From an uncultured Deinococcales bacterium (GTDB lineage: Bacteria > Deinococcota > Deinococci > Deinococcales > JAAFIG01): a stretch of 34,595 bases of DNA. Below the pieces are notes generated by a model that saw only the letters and a list, made by a program, of their open reading frames with translations, was not told the DNA's origin and did no database searches. Each line of letters starts with the position of its first letter. Positions within the stretch are counted from its first letter, which is position 1. The translations under genes were made by a program, and so were the position numbers. Positions 31,246-34,595 of the stretch are shown here, piece by piece. The stretch spans positions 1 through 34,595 of the forward strand of contig CAXTTL010000020.1 of NCBI GenBank assembly GCA_964247135.1. The letters are read 5' to 3'.

Positions 31246-32409
31246 ATGCTCGAGCGAGTCCTTTTTACAAGTGACGTGGTTTACAACGGGGTGGGTTTAC
31301 CACTCGAGAACGCTGGTGTCCTGGTCGCCAAAGATTCCAGCATCGACCCTGGAAGTGTGGTCGTGTTCGGCAAGCTCGAGGATTTAAAAACCCAGTACCC
31401 CGACGCTCGGGTGCAGCACCTGGGTCGCGCAATTCTGCCGGCACCAGTCAACGCCCACACGCATTTGGATTTAAGCCTCGTGCCGTTCAAAGCCGCACCG
31501 TACACGCCTTGGATTGGTTACGTGATCTCGCAGCGCGAACTGCGTGGGCTGGCGGCAGCCGAACACGGTCTGGAGCTTCTTCGCACGGCAAACACCAGCA
31601 TCTTCGGTGACATTGTCGCCCGAGCCGAGGTGATGCCGTTTTTGCTGGCGCAGGAAGGCTTTTCTGGCGTGGCGTACTGGGAAGTTCTGGGCGCAAACCC
31701 CGACCAAGCCGAAGAGATTTTTAATGACACTGTTGAAAAAATCCGTGAATGGCGCAAACTCGAGCGTCCAAACGGCGTGCGCGTCGGTTTATCGCCGCAC
31801 ACCGCGCATACCGTCTCGAGCGTGTTGATGAAAAAATTGGTGGCGTTCGCCAAACTCGAGGGCATTCCGTTGCAAATTCACATTGCCGAAAGCCCAAGTG
31901 AACTCGAGATGTTCCAAACCGGCACGGGCGCGTTAGCCCAAAGCATTACCCGCGCGTTCAACCTGCCACTCGAGCGCATTTTTGGACGCGAACCAGGTTT
32001 TGACCTGACCTGCGTCAGTCAGCTCGAGCAACTGGGTGTTCTGGATGCCAAACCCACCCTGATTCACGGCGTTAACGTCGTTGAAACGGACGTGCAAGCC
32101 ATTGCCCGGGCAGGCTGTACAGTCGTGACCTGTCCACGCAGCAACAAAAACCTCGAGTGTGGAAATCTGCCCTGGCAGTTGTACGCCAAGTACGGCGTCG
32201 AAGTTGCCCTTGGCACGGATTCTGTCGCGTCGGGCGAGAGTTTAAATATTTATGACGAAGCGCTGGCGGCACTCGAAATTCACGGCTCGGGTTTGGGATG
32301 GCGCAACATTGTGCGTTACGCCTCGCGGGGCGGGTACAAAGCTTTGGGCATGAAAACCCCGACGGTGCATCGCGGGGATAGCTTCTCGAGTTTGAATGTT
32401 TGGAAGTGA
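31246..32409 (+). CDS. Amidohydrolase, probably aminodeoxyfutalosine deaminase
   Basis: NAHTHLD, SPHT, QIHIAES, CPRSN and LGTDS motifs; recalled resemblance to D. radiodurans Dr0824; next to an mqnP-like gene. Confidence 0.8.
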   Translation: MLERVLFTSDVVYNGVGLPLENAGVLVAKDSSIDPGSVVVFGKLEDLKTQYPDARVQHLGRAILPAPVNAHTHLDLSLVPFKAAPYTPWIGYVISQRELRGLAAAEHGLELLRTANTSIFGDIVARAEVMPFLLAQEGFSGVAYWEVLGANPDQAEEIFNDTVEKIREWRKLERPNGVRVGLSPHTAHTVSSVLMKKLVAFAKLEGIPLQIHIAESPSELEMFQTGTGALAQSITRAFNLPLERIFGREPGFDLTCVSQLEQLGVLDAKPTLIHGVNVVETDVQAIARAGCTVVTCPRSNKNLECGNLPWQLYAKYGVEVALGTDSVASGESLNIYDEALAALEIHGSGLGWRNIVRYASRGGYKALGMKTPTVHRGDSFSSLNVWK

Positions 32410-32428
32410 TGCTCGAGATTTGGGATTG

Positions 32429-32662
32429 TTAATTTGCTACAACAGCCACAGATTCGAGCAAATCTTGCAAATCACGACCGCTCAATGGTTGGTTTTGGGC
32501 AGTATCCAAACGGCTACGAAAATCAACACGTTCAGCTTCAGGAAAATCAATCTCGAGTTTGCCGCGCACATGACCTTGAACACTTTCAATCAGCAACTGA
32601 GCCAATTCAAGCCGATCATGAGGCTTGAGCTGCAGTACGGCTTTGGTCAACGTGGTGTTCAT
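32429..32662 (-). CDS. Orphan addiction-module antitoxin-like protein
   Basis: AVLQLKPHDRLELAQLLIESV pattern; extended -10 TGCTAAAAT 7 nt before ATG 32662. Confidence 0.6.
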   Translation of the reverse strand: MNTTLTKAVLQLKPHDRLELAQLLIESVQGHVRGKLEIDFPEAERVDFRSRLDTAQNQPLSGRDLQDLLESVAVVAN

Positions 32663-32775
32663 GCTCGAGATTTTAGCACAATGAACAGAAAGGTAAAATT
32701 TATTCCCACCCAAAAAGTATCTCGAGTGTCATTTTGACCCTGAACTTTTTCACCCAAAAGCCGTAACATCAAGCA

Positions 32776-33588
32776 ATGCCACAAGTTTCACCAGCCCTCA
32801 AAACCTCAACATCTCGAGCCTTGCAGATCACGCTGGCGTTTTTGTTGTTCTCGAGCGCGAATGCCCAGACCACCACGGCTGGCAGCAACGTCAGTATTTT
32901 GGCGGCTTTTCTGGCGGGTTTAATCTCGTTTCTCAGCCCTTGCGTCTTGCCGCTCGTACCAAGTTACCTGGCGGTTTTGGGTGGCGCAACGGGCAAAAAA
33001 CCAGTGCAAGGTGCGTTGCTGTTCATTCTGGGTTTTAGCCTGGTGTTTATTTCGCTCGGTGCTGGCGCTAGCGCTTTGGGGTCAATCTTGCGCGAGAACA
33101 AAAATTTGCTTGGACAAATCGGCGGTGCGCTCATTCTGGTCTTCGGCGTTGTGCTCTTGATCAAAGACCGCGTGCCATTTCTGGCTCGAGAGTACCGCAC
33201 CGACCTCGGCACAGCCTCACAGTTCGGTCTGGTCGCGTTGGGTGCAGCCTTCGCCGCCGGTTGGACGCCTTGTCTTGGTCCAATCCTCGGACTCATCCTG
33301 ACCGTTGCCGCCTCGAGCGCCGAAGTTGGGCGCGGCGTGGGCTTGCTGACCATGTACTCGCTCGGGCTTGCCGTGCCGTTCCTGCTGGCGGCATTGGCAT
33401 GGCGTCAAGTCTCGAGCGTCATGCGTAAAGTTGGGCGTTACGTCAACATTGTCGAAAAAATTTCTGGTGTGCTGTTGATCGTTGCAGGCATTTTGCTGGT
33501 CACAGGCACATACTCGAGCCTCGGGAATTACTTGCAGGGTTTAACGCCCGAATGGATGAAAAGTTTTGAGAACGGTTTGAAGAATTAA
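32776..33588 (+). CDS. ccdA: Cytochrome c biogenesis protein CcdA
   Basis: SFLSPCVLPLVP, GWTPCLGPIL and YSLGLAVPF motifs. Confidence 0.92.
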   Translation: MPQVSPALKTSTSRALQITLAFLLFSSANAQTTTAGSNVSILAAFLAGLISFLSPCVLPLVPSYLAVLGGATGKKPVQGALLFILGFSLVFISLGAGASALGSILRENKNLLGQIGGALILVFGVVLLIKDRVPFLAREYRTDLGTASQFGLVALGAAFAAGWTPCLGPILGLILTVAASSAEVGRGVGLLTMYSLGLAVPFLLAALAWRQVSSVMRKVGRYVNIVEKISGVLLIVAGILLVTGTYSSLGNYLQGLTPEWMKSFENGLKN

Positions 33589-33626
33589 GAAATGCTCGAG
33601 CGCCAGAATTCGTTAGAATCAGCATC

Positions 33627-34595
33627 ATGAATTTCCCAACCCAAGCTCGAGTCGTGATTATCGGCGGCGGTATTGTTGGCGCGAGTGTCGCCTATCACTT
33701 GACCAAATTGGGTTGGTCTGACGTGCTGCTGCTCGAGCAAAACGCGCTCGGTGGCGGCACGACCTGGCACGCGGCAGGACTGGTCGGGCAACTTCGCACC
33801 AGCAACAGCATGACCAAAATCAACAAATACAGCGTGGAATTGTACGCTAAGCTCGAGGCAGAAACGGGCGTGAATGCTGGTTGGAAAACGGTTGGCAGTT
33901 TGATCGTCGCCACCAGCGCAGACCGCATGATTCAACTGAAACGCACGATGGCGATGGCGGAATTGTTTGGCGTCAAAGCCGAGATGATTTCCGCAGAATC
34001 TGCGCTCGAGAAATTCCCGCTCATGCGTGTTGATGACGTGCTTGGCGCGGCATGGTTGCCCGACGATGGCAAAACGCTTCCCAAAGAAACCGCCCTCGCG
34101 CTGGCAAAAGGCGCGGAGTTGGGCGGCGCAAGAATTCTCGAGCATGTGCAAGTGCTGGATGTGCTGCGCGAGAACGAGCGCGTGTCTGGCGTTCGGACAC
34201 TCGAGGGGGATATTGCTGCGGAATTTGTGGTCTTGTGTGGCGGCATGTGGACTCGAGAATTGGGTTTGAAAATTGGCGTCAACATTCCGCTCTTTCCTGT
34301 CGAGCATCATTACGTGGTGTCCGAACCGCTCGAGGGGGCATACGATGAACTTCCCGTTGGGCGCGACCCGAACCGCTGCATTTATTACCGTGGCGAGGGC
34401 AATAAGATCATGCTGGGCGCGTTTCAAGCCTACACCAAACCTTGGGATGCCAAACCGATACCGGCAGACTTCTCAAACGCGTTGCTCGAGCCTGATTGGG
34501 ACAAATACGCTGACCCTCTGGCGGCTGGGAAGTGGCGCATTCCAAAACTCGAGACTGCCAAGTTTGAAAAGTTCGTCAACGGTCCCGAGTCATTC
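33627..34595 (+). CDS. FAD-dependent oxidoreductase, GcvT/dimethylglycine dehydrogenase family (runs off window)
   Basis: Missing from the ORF track because there is no stop in the window. Manual translation: MNFPTQARVVIIGGGIVGASVAYHLTKLGWSDVLLLEQ...GTTWHAAGLVG...VNGPES. Confidence 0.9.
   Translation, partial: MNFPTQARVVIIGGGIVGASVAYHLTKLGWSDVLLLEQNALGGGTTWHAAGLVGQLRTSNSMTKINKYSVELYAKLEAETGVNAGWKTVGSLIVATSADRMIQLKRTMAMAELFGVKAEMISAESALEKFPLMRVDDVLGAAWLPDDGKTLPKETALALAKGAELGGARILEHVQVLDVLRENERVSGVRTLEGDIAAEFVVLCGGMWTRELGLKIGVNIPLFPVEHHYVVSEPLEGAYDELPVGRDPNRCIYYRGEGNKIMLGAFQAYTKPWDAKPIPADFSNALLEPDWDKYADPLAAGKWRIPKLETAKFEKFVNGPESF

Noticed and set aside
33585-34427. 280 aa minus-strand ORF
   Set aside because: Antisense shadow of the plus-strand FAD-dependent oxidoreductase starting at 33627.

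Overview
Bacterial chromosomal window, most consistent with Deinococcota (Thermus-type NuoG insertion, LysY-like ArgC, futalosine-pathway genes, many leaderless TANNNT promoters). The left half (1-17622, minus strand) is a complex I operon, nuoA-B-C-D-E-F-G-H-I-J-K-L(partial). It is interrupted at four junctions (D/E, F/G, G/H, H/I) by 13 co-oriented, mostly translationally coupled accessory genes totalling about 7 kb: three Uma2 nucleases, two paralogous lipoproteins, toxin-antitoxin-like small genes, a retropepsin, a membrane protein and an AT-rich AAA_21-ATPase + TOPRIM-like (DUF4276-like) pair. The right half is ordinary metabolic genes. The dominant sequence-level signal is the palindrome CTCGAG: about 255 copies by manual count (about 1 per 135 bp, against about 8 expected), in all reading frames and in intergenic DNA, nearly absent from the AT-rich island, and repeatedly overlapping -10 boxes of leaderless genes. 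It looks like a HIP1-like highly iterated palindrome. All family assignments come from motif recognition by eye; no database search was run.
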